Positions 24,087 to 37,709 of a stretch of DNA of 64,000 nt are shown here, in pieces. Under the pieces are notes generated by a model. That model was given only the letters and a program-made list of their open reading frames with translations. It searched no databases and was not told the DNA's origin. This DNA comes from Octopus sinensis. Taxonomy: Eukaryota. The stretch spans positions 25,171,360-25,235,359 of the forward strand of contig NC_043019.1 of the NCBI RefSeq assembly GCF_006345805.1. Reading direction: 5' to 3'. Each line of letters starts with the position of its first letter. Positions within the stretch are counted from its first letter, which is position 1. The position numbers and the translations under genes were made by a program.

Positions 24087-24390
24087 TTGTTGTTTGTTCC
24101 TTTTCAAGCCATCCCTGACTCATAGGGGCCAGCTTCCCAGTTTCATTGGCGTATAAGTTCCCCACCTGGACGGGACGCCGGTCTGTTGCAGGCGAGCTGC
24201 TAGATGCAAGAAGAGTGAGAGAAAGTTGTGACGAAAGAGCCAGCAGAGGTTCGCCATGACCTTCTGCTGGAGCTGCGTGGAGCTTAGGTGTTTCGCTCAT
24301 AAAAACACACATTGCTCGGTCTGAGATTCAAACCTGCGATCCCTCGACTGCAAGTCCACTGCTCTAACCACTAGGCCATATGCCTCCACA
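24087..24390 (-). mobile_element. SINE family D (tRNA head, V-domain-like)
   Basis: Minus: TGGCCTAGTGG, GGTTTGAATCTC, CCTGCAACAGACCGGCGTCCCGTCCAGG, (CAA)n tail. Confidence 0.8.
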
Positions 24391-25492
24391 TATAAAGTCA
24401 CACATTACATATACACGATTGCACAACATCTTTAATTTCACAAATCACACGACCATACTGAAGCTCTTTCATTGACCTTCGTCATTGAAGCAGGTGGATG
24501 AAGTAAGACATTGGAAAATTAAGTGGAGGGACCAAGGATTTGGACCGGTAGCTCAATATAAGTTGGTATTTCTGAATGGCACGACTAACGAAAAATTACT
24601 TGGGACTTTTTGTAGCAATGATGAGTCATTTCTCGTGCGGCCCGCTTCTCGATGAAGGTTACCCACGTCCGCCCTAGATAATATCCACTCGGTCATTTCA
24701 ACTATAATTGCCATTTAAAAAAAAACTTTCTTTGCCACTTTTCTCCTGCTCTGTTGTTGGCTGTATGGTTCAGACAGGGCAGGGGCTGTTGCAATACCTT
24801 GCCAACAGAGCGACCCCCTCTCTCTCCCCCCACACCACATTACACAGTCATGGGTTTGAAACTCGTGATTTCTGAAGTCAAGAAATAACATCTACTTACT
24901 TTAAACCCCCTGCCAATTGTGACACTCCCCAACTACACAAATATTCCATATTACACACACACACACACACACGTAAGCATTTCTATGTTATGTAAACATC
25001 TTATTCACACACGCACATATATCTCTATGCGTATATATATATATGTGTGTATGTGTATGTGTGTATACACACGCACACATTGAATTTGTTAGCTGTGTTG
25101 GTATTTTAGAAGGTTCCGTTATCATCAATCACAGAGGCATATATACACTGATACACATATACACATACACACACGGCGACCGATAGATAACAAGTTGACT
25201 TCAAAGTTATCATCGCTTGAATGATAAAGGCATGACTGGAACCGAGGCACGCGTTGGTGTACGTGTATAACACACACACTCACAAACACATACACAGAGT
25301 AATGCAGTAGTCCTTACACATACACACAAAAAAGTTTAGCAGACTGGCTAAGTTCTCACAATTTGAATATATTACACGGAAGCAGGAGACACGCGCTCTC
25401 TTTACCACATGCACACGGTCATTAATTGTAACATAGGCACAAGTCTTCGTCTGCTGTTTATAATCCTATTTATATTCTAAGAAAGCTTTATA

Positions 25493-26181
25493 GGAATATT
25501 AAGATCGTCTCCAGCACGGAATGTTTTTCACCCCAAATGGAGGTCAGCGATTGGTTAAAATTGCCGAAACGCTCGAAATTAAAGTCGAAATACGTTACAT
25601 TTAGAATTTTCTCAATAAAGCAAAGAAAAAAATGATGTTTTATAAACACATTCTACCAGTATATGAAGTTTAAAAGTGTTTAGTTAACTAGAAATTGTGT
25701 TGAAAAGTGCCGTTCAAAAGGAAAAGATCCCGACTCCATAACTTAACTGGTCCTTTATTTTTATCGACTCCAGAAGAATGAAAGTTAACCTCGGCAGTAT
25801 TTAGAAGGGCTGTAACTAAACACCACGAGGTATTTTGCCCAACCGTCTAGTAATGAGTCTAGTAATGAAACAACTCTCTCTCTCTGTCTCTCTCTCCGAT
25901 ATTCTGTTTTCAATTGAAGCATTTTATTGGCGTTACTTTTAGTAAATAGTAATGAAAGAAAAGCCATGACTGTAATAGGGTTAGGGTTAGCTAAATAGAG
26001 GGCATAGGATTGGTTAAAATTCGAAAAATTAAACTACATTAAACAAACAAATTACAATTTTCTCAAGAAAGCCAAGAGAAAATTTTTTTATTATTTTGAC
26101 ACATTCTACCAGTATACGAAGTTTAAAAGTGTTTAGTTAACTAGAAATTGTGTTGAAAAGTGCCGTTCAAAAGGAAAAGAT
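25493..26181. mobile_element. Two tandem end fragments of an unclassified DNA transposon
   Basis: ~25550-25730 and ~26008-26181 share ACACATTCTACCAGTATA..GTTCAAAAGGAAAAGAT. Confidence 0.6.
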
Positions 26182-27699
26182 ATCCCTTGTGGATTTGGAG
26201 AAAGGGTTCGTGTTACGAAAACTAGAATAGTCTTTGGTTGATAAAAAGTCCTGTTTATTGAGTAGACTGTTTTACGGGGAGTATCTTGTGGGTAGGCACA
26301 TGTAAGGGTGTCTAGAGTTATGAGATTTATGAAGTCGTTTGATGAGCAAGGATGGGCAGAATTAGTTATTTATTAACTCTTGTGATTTATTTATAATGTG
26401 GTTTACGAGCTCCATAACGTGTGTGTCAACAAAGACATTTTCAATTAAGTGGGGGTGGGGTTAACGGTTTGTTTCTGTCAGCTGTGAATCCAAATAAACC
26501 TTTGCTAACGTGACAGTAGAGCTCAAAAGAATTAATATAACAAGAGATTTTTTCAACCTTCACCCTCCTAAGAACAACAAAAAAATATCCTATGCCCTGC
26601 CAATGTATTATCTATATAAATTTGCATTATAAAACTAGTTTGTTGAAATTATTGCTCGTCCTGCGACGATAAAAATCAGTTTAAAATTCGCAAATTCTGA
26701 GTGAGTTCATGAGTTTTAGTTTTACGGAGAGACCTCATTTTCGCCCCCTCGAAGGGACGTTTACCCGTAAAGAGACACCGCCTGTCTCCATGGACTTATT
26801 GAATTTACAGATATTTTTGTCCAACTGGGACAGTATGTATCATATACGTAACCAGGAGTGGGGCTTGTCAAGTTTGGACGCTCTCGACTCCCCAAGAGCT
26901 ACAGAATTATTTAATGCCATCGTAAGACGTGCTATGGGCGCAAGGACCTTATTAGATCCTTGGGCTCATGAGGGAAAGCCATATGGGAACACAGTTTAAT
27001 ACAGGGTTGAGATGAGGTCTGTTTCTTTAACACAGCTCTTGGGTCCACGAGCATCTAAAAATGGATAATAAGCACGTACATTCAATCACAAATTAAACGG
27101 CAGGTAGTGGATCCATTTTAATAATTGGGAACCTTTTTGATCAAAAGCTAAATACACCAGTGTGTGTAACGGACCCTCGTTTTCCAGTATGACTAGCTAT
27201 TCTTTCTAGTGTTTACTTCTTATGAACCTCCGCTATAGCTTGATTTAGTTGTTTGCCATTTTACTGGCAAATGACTTGGGTTTTTATTGTCTGACTTATA
27301 TAAAAAAAAAAATCTAATTAAACCAGCAGACACAACCATCCCAACTGACTTCCTTTTTTGCATGAGGACTATGTTGTCTATTTTGGATTTCTAAGTGAAG
27401 CACAAAGTCTCGTATTTTAGGGAAGGGTTCAGTTTTTATCTGGGTATTGTTAGTTATTTTATAAATCCCAGAAGGGTTGAAAGGCAAAACTGACCTCGGT
27501 GGTGAGTGTTTTGAATTGAGAGTTTAAAAAAAGCTTAACTAAATCTTTCGAGTCACTTTTCAGGTATGTAATTGATAGTTTAAAACATTCCTTTTAAGGG
27601 TTTTCATGATAAAAATCAATGGCTTTCCAGTTTGCTGCGATTTAGCTATTTCGGGCTTTCGTTGTTTTCTTTATGCATTTTCTCTTTCCTTTTAATTCT

Positions 27700-28200
27700 C
27701 CTCTTTCTTCTCTTTCTATTTACATCTTGACTCTCTCTCTCTCTACATCTTGTCTCTCCCTTTCTATTTACATTTTGTCTTTCTCTCTCTCTCTCTCTTT
27801 GCGTCTTGCCTCTCTCCTTTTCTGTCTATTTACATCGCCTCTTTCTCTCTTTTCTCCTTTTCTCTTTATTTACATCGCCTCTTTCTCTCCTTTTCTCCCT
27901 TTCTCTCAATTTACATCGCCTCTCTCTCTTTCTATTTACATCGCCTCTTTCTCTCCTTTCTCCCTTTCTCTCTATTTACATCGCCTCTTTCTCTCTATTT
28001 ACATCGCCTCTTTCTCTCCTTTTCTCCCTTTCTCTCAATTTACATCGCCTCTCTTTCTCCCTTTCTCTCTATTTACATCGCCTCTTTCTCTCTTTTCTCC
28101 CTTTCTCTTTATTTACATCGCCTCTTTCTCTCTTTTTCTCTCAATTTACATCGCCTCTCTTTCTCTCTTTCTTTCTATTTACATCTTATCTCTTTCCCTT
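27700..28200. repeat. Pyrimidine-rich minisatellite
   Basis: Core ATTTACATCGCCTCT repeated >10 times with variable CT-rich spacers. Confidence 0.9.
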
Positions 28201-28554
28201 CTCTTTCACAGTCTCTCTCTCCTCTTTGCACCTTACCCCCTACTTTCTCATTTCTTCATCCGTCCGCGCGCGCGCGCGTGTGTATGTCCTGAAATCACTA
28301 CTAACCAGCCGACTCACCAACTACCCAACCAGTCATCCATCAGTCAACCAGTCAACCAGTCATCCATCCAACCAATCTACATGACAACATACAACAGAGT
28401 TCCAAGTAACGTGTGCACTGTACCCCTCCTTCCTTCCCTCCCTTCCTCACCACCATAACACCTAACCCATCTCTTTAATCAATCTACCCGCTCTTCACTG
28501 CCCCCTGCAGTTATTAATATTTTTGTTACTATGGATTCTCTATCTCACCCCTAT

Positions 28555-28795
28555 TATATATATGTAACCCATCTATACATTAATATCTACTTCGCTACCT
28601 CTCTACGTAGACGTGTTATCTTTACTCACTATACGTAATATCTATCTAGCTATCTACCCTCCTCGCCATACGTAATATCTACTGAACTACCCACATCGTT
28701 AATATTTACCTAGCCACCCATGTAGCTAACATGTATAATATCTACCTATACTATCCACCTCGCTGTACGTTAATAGCTTCCAAACTACCCATATA
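28555..28795. repeat. Degenerate tandem repeat
   Basis: Recurrent (TAC)GTAATATCTAC..GCTACCC motif. Confidence 0.6.
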
Positions 28796-28862
28796 TTAGT
28801 TTTTCCTCTCTCTCTCTCTCTCTGTCTTTCCCGATATTAGATGCATGTGACCGTTTCTCTAG

Positions 28863-28910
28863 ACAAAGAATCCATCCAGGCTTAGTGATTCAACACCAAT
28901 GGAGTTCTTG
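28863..28910 (+). other. Candidate 48-nt exon
   Basis: TTTCTCTAG|ACAAAG...TTCTTG|GTGAGG; open as TKNPSRLSDSTPMEFL. Confidence 0.25.
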
Positions 28911-29053
28911 GTGAGGGGGGGGGCGATGGCGGTGATGGTGGAGGTAGTGGTTGGTGATGGCGGCGGCGGTGGTGGTGGTGGTGCTGATGATTTAGCGAGA
29001 GAGAGGAAGTGGAAGGCACCACTGTCATTTTTACTTTCACTACTACTACCACC

Positions 29054-29084
<31 letters not shown>

Positions 29085-29249
29085 TACCACCACCACCACT
29101 ACTACCACCACCAATACTACTACTACTACTTGGTACAAAATAGAAATAAGATTACTATTGTTCATGGAGCGAAAAGTCAAAAGAATGAATTCCTATTTTC
29201 GGTTTTCGGATGAAACCGTTTCGATTTTCAGTGGACAAAGGCATTAATG

Positions 29250-29297
<48 letters not shown>

Positions 29298-30504
29298 TCA
29301 CTATTTCTGTTTTATCAAAAATGAAACCTTATATGTTTAAGAAAACCGAGTTCAAATCCGACCGTAGTTAACTTTTGTCATTTATTCTCTTGGGTACTAC
29401 AAAATAAAAATAGATACCAGTGAACTACTGGGGTTGTAATATTCAACCGTCCTCCTTCCCTCCAATCAAGATATCTGGCCTTGTACCCCCCCCACCACAT
29501 ACTGCTACTAACCAATAATAGTTACTAGGGCGGGCGGGCGGGCGAAGAGGCTGAAGCCTCAGGAAGCAGTTTCGATATAATCCCCGCCCTTCACATCATA
29601 CATACACCACTTTGCTTTTCCTTCTTCAGCGGTCGTTTAACCCTAGGGCAGCCCTGATCGAGTATATTTATAGTTTAGAGCAGTATCCAAACACAACCCA
29701 TGGTAAATTTACGTTAGATAATACAGAACCATCTTAACAAACAACGTGTGTCAGTTTGTATGAGTACACCCCCACATCCTCCCATTTCTCTCTCTGTTTA
29801 TGTGTTTTTACTTTAAATTCGGATATAATCGTAATCTACATCGTCTGAAAGTTATTTGTAGAAAATTTCATTAAAAAATATCCATTTTTGTGAAAGTTAT
29901 GAGGAAAAAAAGTCAGCTGGGAATACACTTGTGTCGGTTTAGAGGCTCTCGGGCAAAGCAATGCGCTGGGGCCTTGCCAGCATTTGACCCTTGGGAGTTC
30001 CAGGTTAACTAACCAGTATACTTATACCTTGAGATAATGCTTAATGTATCCTCCCTTTTGAAGACGGTAATGTGTGGTTTAAAGGAAATTTGACTGCTAT
30101 TTTTAGCAGGCCAAGCTACCGCGTGAAAGTTCCGTTGCTGATTGCAGGGTTGATGAAATAATTATCAATCATGTGGTGGTTAGTCATGTGTTCCATCAAT
30201 CATTAATCCACAATTCATGTTTTGAGTAATTAAGTCGGGGAAGTACTTAGAATTCTTTACCCTCGCAGTTAAAAACCTTACCGAGGCCTACTTACCACTT
30301 TGGTGACTCCCCCTTCCAGAAACAACAGAAAATAATGAGATGTGTTGTGCTGTTAGAACTCGGTGTGTGTTGTCTTTTTAATCTAGAGTAAATTTTGACC
30401 GGACACCTTCTTGGTAGCAAGGATGAGAAGTAAATCATCTTCCGTACATCATCCTTTAAATCTTAAAGGTCTTGCAGATTTTTATTTTCTCACAGATATA
30501 TATA

Positions 30505-30919
30505 TATTTCTTTACTACCCACAAGGGGCTAAACATAGAGGGGACAAACAAGGACAGACAAAGGGATTAAGTCGATTACATCGACCCCAGAACGTAACTG
30601 GTACTTATTTTATCGACCCCGAAAGGATGAAAGGCAAAGTCAACCTCGGCGGAATTTGAACCCAGAACACGTAACGGCAGACGAAATACGTATTTCTTTA
30701 TTACCCACAAGGGGCTAAACACAGAGGGGACAAACAAGGACAGACAAAGGGATTAAGTCGATTACATCGACCTCGGAACGTAACTGGTACTTATTTTATC
30801 GACCCCGAAAGGATGAAAGGCAAAGTCAACCTCGGCGGAATTTGAACCCAGAACACGTAACGGCAGACGAAATACGGCTACGCATTTTGCCCGGCGTGCT
30901 AACCATTCTGCCAGCTCGC
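30505..30919 (-). mobile_element. SINE family B, dimeric form
   Basis: Two tandem bodies; CAGATATATA on both flanks. Confidence 0.92.
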
Positions 30920-31135
30920 AGATATATAGTCATCACTTGTAGCGTATGAATTAAGGAAGTTGCACTCTCTCCCTAAGAACCCATGTATGTAATGCTTGCG
31001 TGTGTATGTGAGAGAGATAGAGAGAGAAAAGGAGAGAGAGACAAAATGCCTATTTTCGCTTTGCTTGTATTGTTTTCAATTTATCACAATATTCTCACAC
31101 ATACAAATTGTGGGCGTGTACGCACACATTAAATG

Positions 31136-31187
<52 letters not shown>

Positions 31188-31190
31188 GTG

Positions 31191-31353
31191 TAGGTCCCGG
31201 GTTGAGTCGGGGTTAACCACAGTAAATAAGGTACTCAATACATAGCAGAGTAAATTAATTTATTTTATAGAAGGATCTTCTACAGGACTAGAACTGTTTC
31301 TTTCATTTCATTTGAAAGAAACAGTTCTAGTCCTGTAGAAGACCCTTCTATAA
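31191..31353. mobile_element. Palindromic element in (TA)n, possible Penelope-like remnant
   Basis: 41-bp inverted arms 31265-31305 / 31313-31353 (one mismatch) plus a unique ~70-bp tail; same layout as 3325-3540. Confidence 0.55.
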
Positions 31354-31626
31354 TATATATATATATATATATGCATATATATATATATATAATACACGCA
31401 TACTCATATATGCATGCATGTGTGTGTGTGTGTTCGCCATGCTGAGCTGTTTGTAAATCCAGTTCCTGCTTTTCTTTTCATCTTTACATTGTTATCATCA
31501 TGTGTTGCTGCGGCGTCGGTAGTAGTAGTAGTAGTTGTCGTAGTGGTAGGTATTAGATCTTACAGTGGAAGGGTGCTATAGCGATGGTAGTGGTGGCGGC
31601 AACGTCGAACTGCTCATGGTTATATT

Positions 31627-32019
31627 CTCTTTCTCTTTTCTCTTTTACTTGTTTCAGTCATTTGACTGCGGCCATGCTGGAGCACCGCCTTTAGTCGAGC
31701 AAATCGACCCCGGGACTTATTCTTTGTAAGCCTAGTACTTATTCTATCGGCCTCTTTTTGCCGAACCGCTAAGTGACGGGGACGTAAACACACCAGCATC
31801 GGTTGTCAAGCAATGCTAGGGGGACAAACACACACATACATATATATATTTATATATACGACGGGCTTCTTTCAGTTTCCGTCTACCAAATCCACTCACA
31901 AGGCATTGGTCGGCCCGGGGCTATAGCAGAAGACACTTGCCCAAGATGCCACGCAGTGGGACTGAACCCGGAACCATGAGGTCGGTTAGCAAGCTACTTA
32001 CCACACAGCCACTCCTGCG

Positions 32020-32021
<2 letters not shown>
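31627..32021 (-). mobile_element. SINE family A, full length
   Basis: Near-consensus, CpGs intact. Confidence 0.92.
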
Positions 32022-32078
<57 letters not shown>

Positions 32079-32515
32079 GAAAGAGAGAAGGGGGGGCTGC
32101 ACGTTTCCCAAGTGATTTATGCTTGCTGTCTTTGTTGATCTCGGCGGCATTCCTCGCTTTCCTTCCTTTCTCTTCCTGCCTGCTTGATGATGATGATGTT
32201 GTCCTCTTTTATTATTAACCCCCCCCCCTCATCATCGCTGACACCCTAAACCTCCCCCCCCTTACATATTTCATTACTTTCTTTCTCTTACCCTCCCTCG
32301 CCCTCCTCATTACCATCAACAGACACCTGTTTCTCAAAGAAACGAAACTGCATTTTGCTTTGCTCCTCCGCCAACGACGGACGCGATGCAATAGTTATTA
32401 TCATTAGTAGTAGTAGTAGTAGTAGTAGTAGCAACAGCAGCAGCAATGGTACCACTTGGTGGTCGTCGATATCGATCTACTAAGAATAGCAGCCAAATTT
32501 TCCTCATATGCTCTA

Positions 32516-32566
<51 letters not shown>

Positions 32567-33001
32567 ACACGGACCGCACACAGATAATATAGGCCTACAA
32601 ATCGTGGAGACGGGATGGGCATGGTTGGGATGCTATTGATCATAGGGCCGTTCGATCAAGGCAAGACCCGGGGGCTAACTAGCTTCATTAATTGCAGCTG
32701 CAGTAGTAGTGGTAATAGTAGTAGTCGGAGCAACAAGAGCATCGATGGTAGAACACGATTCCATACCGATGATTCTGTTTCTTTGTCTGATAGTGTACGA
32801 GTGTCTGTGTGTTTGTGTGTGCATATATATATATATATATAGTGTGTGTGTGTGTTTATTGGCTAGCTCTGGCTCTGTTGTCAACTTGTAGCTTGCGGGG
32901 AGAAAGGAGGAGGAAGCTTCTTGATTAGTTATTGTGGTTGATGCTTGAATTGAATCGCACTTAACTGCACGCCACAATGCACATAATATCGCTCTTTCAT
33001 A

Positions 33002-33039
<38 letters not shown>

Positions 33040-33229
33040 CATACACACATCCACTCGCATTCAGACTGTCCCTCCCTCCCTTTGTGTCTGACTCATTCAC
33101 CCTCTCCCCTTCCCCCTCTCTCTCTCTCCATTGTACCATTTAGTTATTCTCCTCAGTTCTAAGTGATGACAAAACATAAGACTCTTCACTGCTCTTCTTC
33201 ATACATATACACATTTATGCATGCATCTA

Positions 33230-33260
<31 letters not shown>

Positions 33261-33514
33261 ATCTATATATAAAATGTGCACACACACATGTATGTATATA
33301 TATGCTTGTATATATAATACATGTGTACTTAAGACTGAAGGAGCTTGCTTCTCTTGTCATCAGTCTTAAACTAAGTGCTTTATCTTGACTAAGAGTTGTT
33401 TTGACTGTTATTTCTAGCAGTGCTGCTGCTTATTAGCACCCTCGGTTATTTTAGTAACGTTTCTAGTTCTGCCTTTCATTTGTAAATTGCGAATAAGCCA
33501 CTTTTTATTATTTA

Positions 33515-33542
33515 TGATATATACATATACATACATATATAT

Positions 33543-33584
<42 letters not shown>

Positions 33585-34153
33585 GTATGTATGTATATAT
33601 GTATGTATGTATATGCGTATATATGTGTATGTGTGTGCTCGTGTATGTTGGTGCATATTACACGTGTATATATGTACATTTATGTTTATGCGTGTATTAT
33701 ATATATATATTTGTGTGTGTGTGTATATAAATGTGTGTATGTGTGTGCATATAAATATATATATGTGTGTGTGTGTATATAAATATATATATGTATGTGT
33801 GTGTATATAAATATATATATGTATGTGTGTGTATATAAATATATATATGTATGTGTGTGTGTATATAAATATATATATGTATGTGTGTGTGTATATAAAT
33901 ATATATATGTATGTATGTGTGTATATAAATATATGTATGTATGTGTGTATATAAATATATGTATGTATGTGTGTATATAAATATATATATGTATGTGTGT
34001 GTATATAAATATATATATGTATGTGTGTGTATATAAATATATATATGTATGTGTGTGTATATAAATATATATATGTATGTGTGTGTGTATATAAATATAT
34101 ATATGTATGTGTGTATATAAATATATATGTATGTGTGTATATAAATATATATA

Positions 34154-34196
<43 letters not shown>

Positions 34197-34295
34197 ATAT
34201 GTGTGTGTGTGTATATAAATATATGTGTGTGTGTGTGTATATAAATATATGTGTGTGTGTGTGTGTATGTAAATATATATACACGTGCGTGTATG
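33515..34295. repeat. TA/TG minisatellite
   Basis: Unit ~GTGTGTATATAAATATATATATGTAT repeated about 20 times. Confidence 0.9.
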
Positions 34296-34727
34296 TGTTG
34301 ATTTCAAATATAATCAATAAATATTTTTGAAATAACTAGATTTAGTTTTATCGTTGGTCAAAATATAAAAAATGCTATTTATTTTCATTTCTGAGAAATA
34401 CTAACATTTGGACAACGTTTGCAAATATACGAGAGAGAGAGAGAGAGAGAGGGGGGGTGTTGTTGCTCGTGTGACTAATGCATGATGGATCACATAAGAG
34501 TAATAAACTCTCGCTCCCCTCGGGCTGTAGGAGTTACTCTGGTGTTGCTAGTTTCGTGTTTAACCTGTTGTGTTGTGTTGTATTCGTCGTATGTTGGGCG
34601 CCTTGTCCAATTAACAACGCCAGGGTTTTTTTTTTTAGCATTCGAAAGCATTTAAAATAACAAGGTATGCGTTGCCAAACGTATTGAGTTCTATAGTCCC
34701 CCCCCCGTCTCCTGTTTGTTGATCCAA

Positions 34728-34751
34728 TACTACTACTACTACTACTACTGC

Positions 34752-34786
<35 letters not shown>

Positions 34787-35070
34787 TCACCACCACTACT
34801 ACTACCACCACCACCATCACTACTACCACTACCACCACCACCACTACAACCACCACCACCACAACCACCACTACTACCACCACCACCACTACCACCACCA
34901 CTACTACCACCACCACCACAACCACCACCACCACCACCACTACTACCACCACCACCACCACTACTACCACCACCACCACTACTACTACCACCACCACCAC
35001 TATCACCATCACTACTACCATCACTACCACCATCACCACCACCACTACTACTACTACTACTACCACCACT
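34728..35070. repeat. (TAC)n/(CAC)n compound microsatellite
   Basis: Direct inspection. Confidence 0.95.
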
Positions 35071-35539
35071 ATGCTGAAACTTACTGATTCCTGTTTTCCC
35101 CCTCCACACATACATTCTCTCTCTCTCTCTCTCCTTTTCTCGAACCCCTTCTTTCTGTAAATCTCTCTGCCCCATTCTCTCTGTCTTCATCTCTGGAGCT
35201 GCACTTCCCTGTACTTGCCATCAACCCCTCCTCTGGCCCCCCCCCCCCGCTCCAGAAATACTTACTAACCTTTTGATATTTCAAAATGAGCATCTAATTC
35301 CATTAATATTAATTAACACAACTTCGCTTGACTCATATACAATTTTGGCTTGGCAGGAGGGATGCTGGTGGCTAAGAAAGTTATAGGTATCTTCTCTTCT
35401 CCCTACATCCCTAGAGTGTATATATTGCATACACACACACACACACACACACACGTATCATGTTTTTAATGTTCAAGTTTTCTTGCTTTACAAGGGTCAT
35501 ATATTTGTGTGTGTGTATGTATGTATGTATCTATGTATG

Positions 35540-35573
<34 letters not shown>

Positions 35574-35574
35574 G

Positions 35575-35927
35575 ATGTAGGAGTGGCTGTGTTGTAAGTA
35601 GCTTGCTTACCAACCACATGGTTCTGGGTTCAGTTCAACTGCATGGCACCTTGGGCAAGTGTCTTCTACTATAGCCTCAGAGTGACCAAAGCCTTGTATA
35701 TATATATGTGTGTGTATATATTTGTGTCTGTGTTTGTCCACCCCAACATCGCTTGACAACCAATGCTGGTGTGTCAACGTCCCTGTAACTTAGCAGTTCG
35801 GTGAAAGAGATCGATAGAATAAGTACTAGACTTACAAAAAATAAGTCCTGGGGTCGATTTGTTTGACTGGAGGCAGTGCTCCAGCATGGCTGCAGTCAAA
35901 TGTCTGAACCAAGTAAAAGAATAAAAG
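35575..35927 (+). mobile_element. SINE family A, diverged
   Basis: Head through tail with an internal deletion. Confidence 0.85.
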
Positions 35928-36037
35928 TATATATGAGTTTGAATCAAACTGTTTTGATCCATGCATGTAACTCCCAGTAAAAGTGTTGAGTGTCCTTCTC
36001 TCGATTGTCCACTCACTTGTCCACTAGTGTATATATA

Positions 36038-36380
36038 TTCTTTTAACTGTTTCAGTCATTTGACTGCAGCCATGCTGGAGCACTGACTTTAGTTGAGCAA
36101 ATTGACCCCAGGATTTATTCTTTGCTGAACCACTAAGTTACGGGGACGTAAACACACCAGCATCAGATGGCAAGCGATGATAGGGTGGGACACACAGATA
36201 CACAAAACACATGCACACACACATATATATACACATACATATATGCGACAGGCTTCTTTCAGTTTCTGCCTACCAGATCCACTCATAAGGCTTTGGTCAG
36301 CCCGAGGCTATAGTAGAAGACAGTTGCTCAAGGTGCCATGCAGCGGGACTGAACCCGGAACTGTGTGGTTGGTAAGCAAG
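36038..36380 (-). mobile_element. SINE family A, diverged
   Basis: Tail-to-tail with 35575-35927. Confidence 0.85.
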
Positions 36381-37555
36381 TCTCTAGGAACTCCCTTTCT
36401 GCTATAACCCCAATTCATTTTCAGGGAAGTCATCTCCCTTTCTGCTATAGCCCCAATTCATTTTCGGGGATCTTGTCTTCTGAGTTTTTTAGCAACCTCT
36501 CTAGTGCTGGTGCCATACAAAAAAAGAAAAGAAAAATGCACCCAGTTGACTGCGTCAAGTGGTTGGCATTAAGAATGTCAACCACTTTACAAAGGAACTA
36601 TGCCAAAACAGGTATTGGAACTCAATGCCATCTTCTTGCTCATCAGATCATGTCGAACTGTCCAACCTGTGCCAACATGGAAGACGGATGATATCTATGC
36701 ATTTGCACACATGCACATACATGCACTCACATATAGATATAAGATCCAAGGATCAAGGTGTAGGAAGAAATTTAGCTTCAAGCAATCCATAGTAAATATA
36801 AAAAAACAACTTTCAGGGACAATAGGGGTTTATTGAGAAGGAAGGTTGTGTAATTTTTTGTACCGAAGTATGATAGCCTGAAGCAAATTCCTTTTATATT
36901 TCACAGTAGGCAATTAGGGTTGCTGGGTGTGCGAATAAGAATACAAGAGTTAAGGAATGTAGTAGATAAGATCCAGGCTATATATGTTTCATAGGGAGTG
37001 GAACCTTGGAAATAGTAAATATCCAAGCGAGGTGTATATCACGGGCTACTCTTTAGGTCAAGGATATCATGATTAAATGAAAGTTTACATTGTTGCAAAG
37101 AGGTACATGTTAATGCATGAAAGATTCGATCAGAATGTGAGGTAAGGGTGATATCCTTAAGCAACAAGTTTAATTTCATTTTCTCTATTTCTGTGTCTTC
37201 CACACAGCATTCGCTAGATTAGGAACAAGTGATATATAAATATAAGTTTCAAGGATCTTATATATAGCAATGTTTCCATGTGGTAGGCTTGATAATTGTT
37301 AAGATTTCTTCTGCATGAAACCATTGGTAGCCTTGTTAACCCACAAATAAAGAATCTTTATCCACCAATGTGGTATTGACCACTCATTCTCACTGTTTGA
37401 TATTAGTATACATACACACACACACACATGTACGTAAGCACTCCCCTCCACAATCTATCCAGATTACACCTCATACTTGATATCAGATTAATAACTCATT
37501 TCCTTTGATCTGTAAATGGTTGTTAAGTTACTAGACATTCTCTGTTTTGTTACAG

Positions 37556-37709
37556 ATTAATATTCTTCTTCCTCCATTCAGATTATATTTATTTTTATTA
37601 CAAATTTGGAATATTTAATCTTATTTATTTTGTTGTTCTTTTGTTGTTTTATTGTTTTTCCTTTGCTGACTTTTGCTAATCCAGAAGAGATCGTTGTGAC
37701 GCTTTCATT
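37556..37709 (+). other. Candidate non-coding exon (alternative acceptor at 37684)
   Basis: TCTCTGTTTTGTTACAG| or TTTTGCTAATCCAG| acceptors; ATT|GTAAGT donor. Confidence 0.3.

Noticed and set aside
25977-25990. Interstitial telomeric repeat (also 61843-61856)
   Set aside because: Only about two TTAGGG units
26190-26345. Penelope GIY-YIG C-terminal remnant (NSLLNKQDFLST)
   Set aside because: Similarity too weak, contains a stop, no other motifs recognisable
27673-28458. 261-aa hydrophobic ORF
   Set aside because: Stop-free pyrimidine minisatellite, open in all three frames
29528-29590. Sp1 GC-box promoter
   Set aside because: (GGGC)n may be a simple repeat; no supporting exon or TSS evidence
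33414-35190. Long ORFs (297, 218, 206, 158 aa)
   Set aside because: Translations of TA/TG minisatellite and CAC/TAC microsatellite
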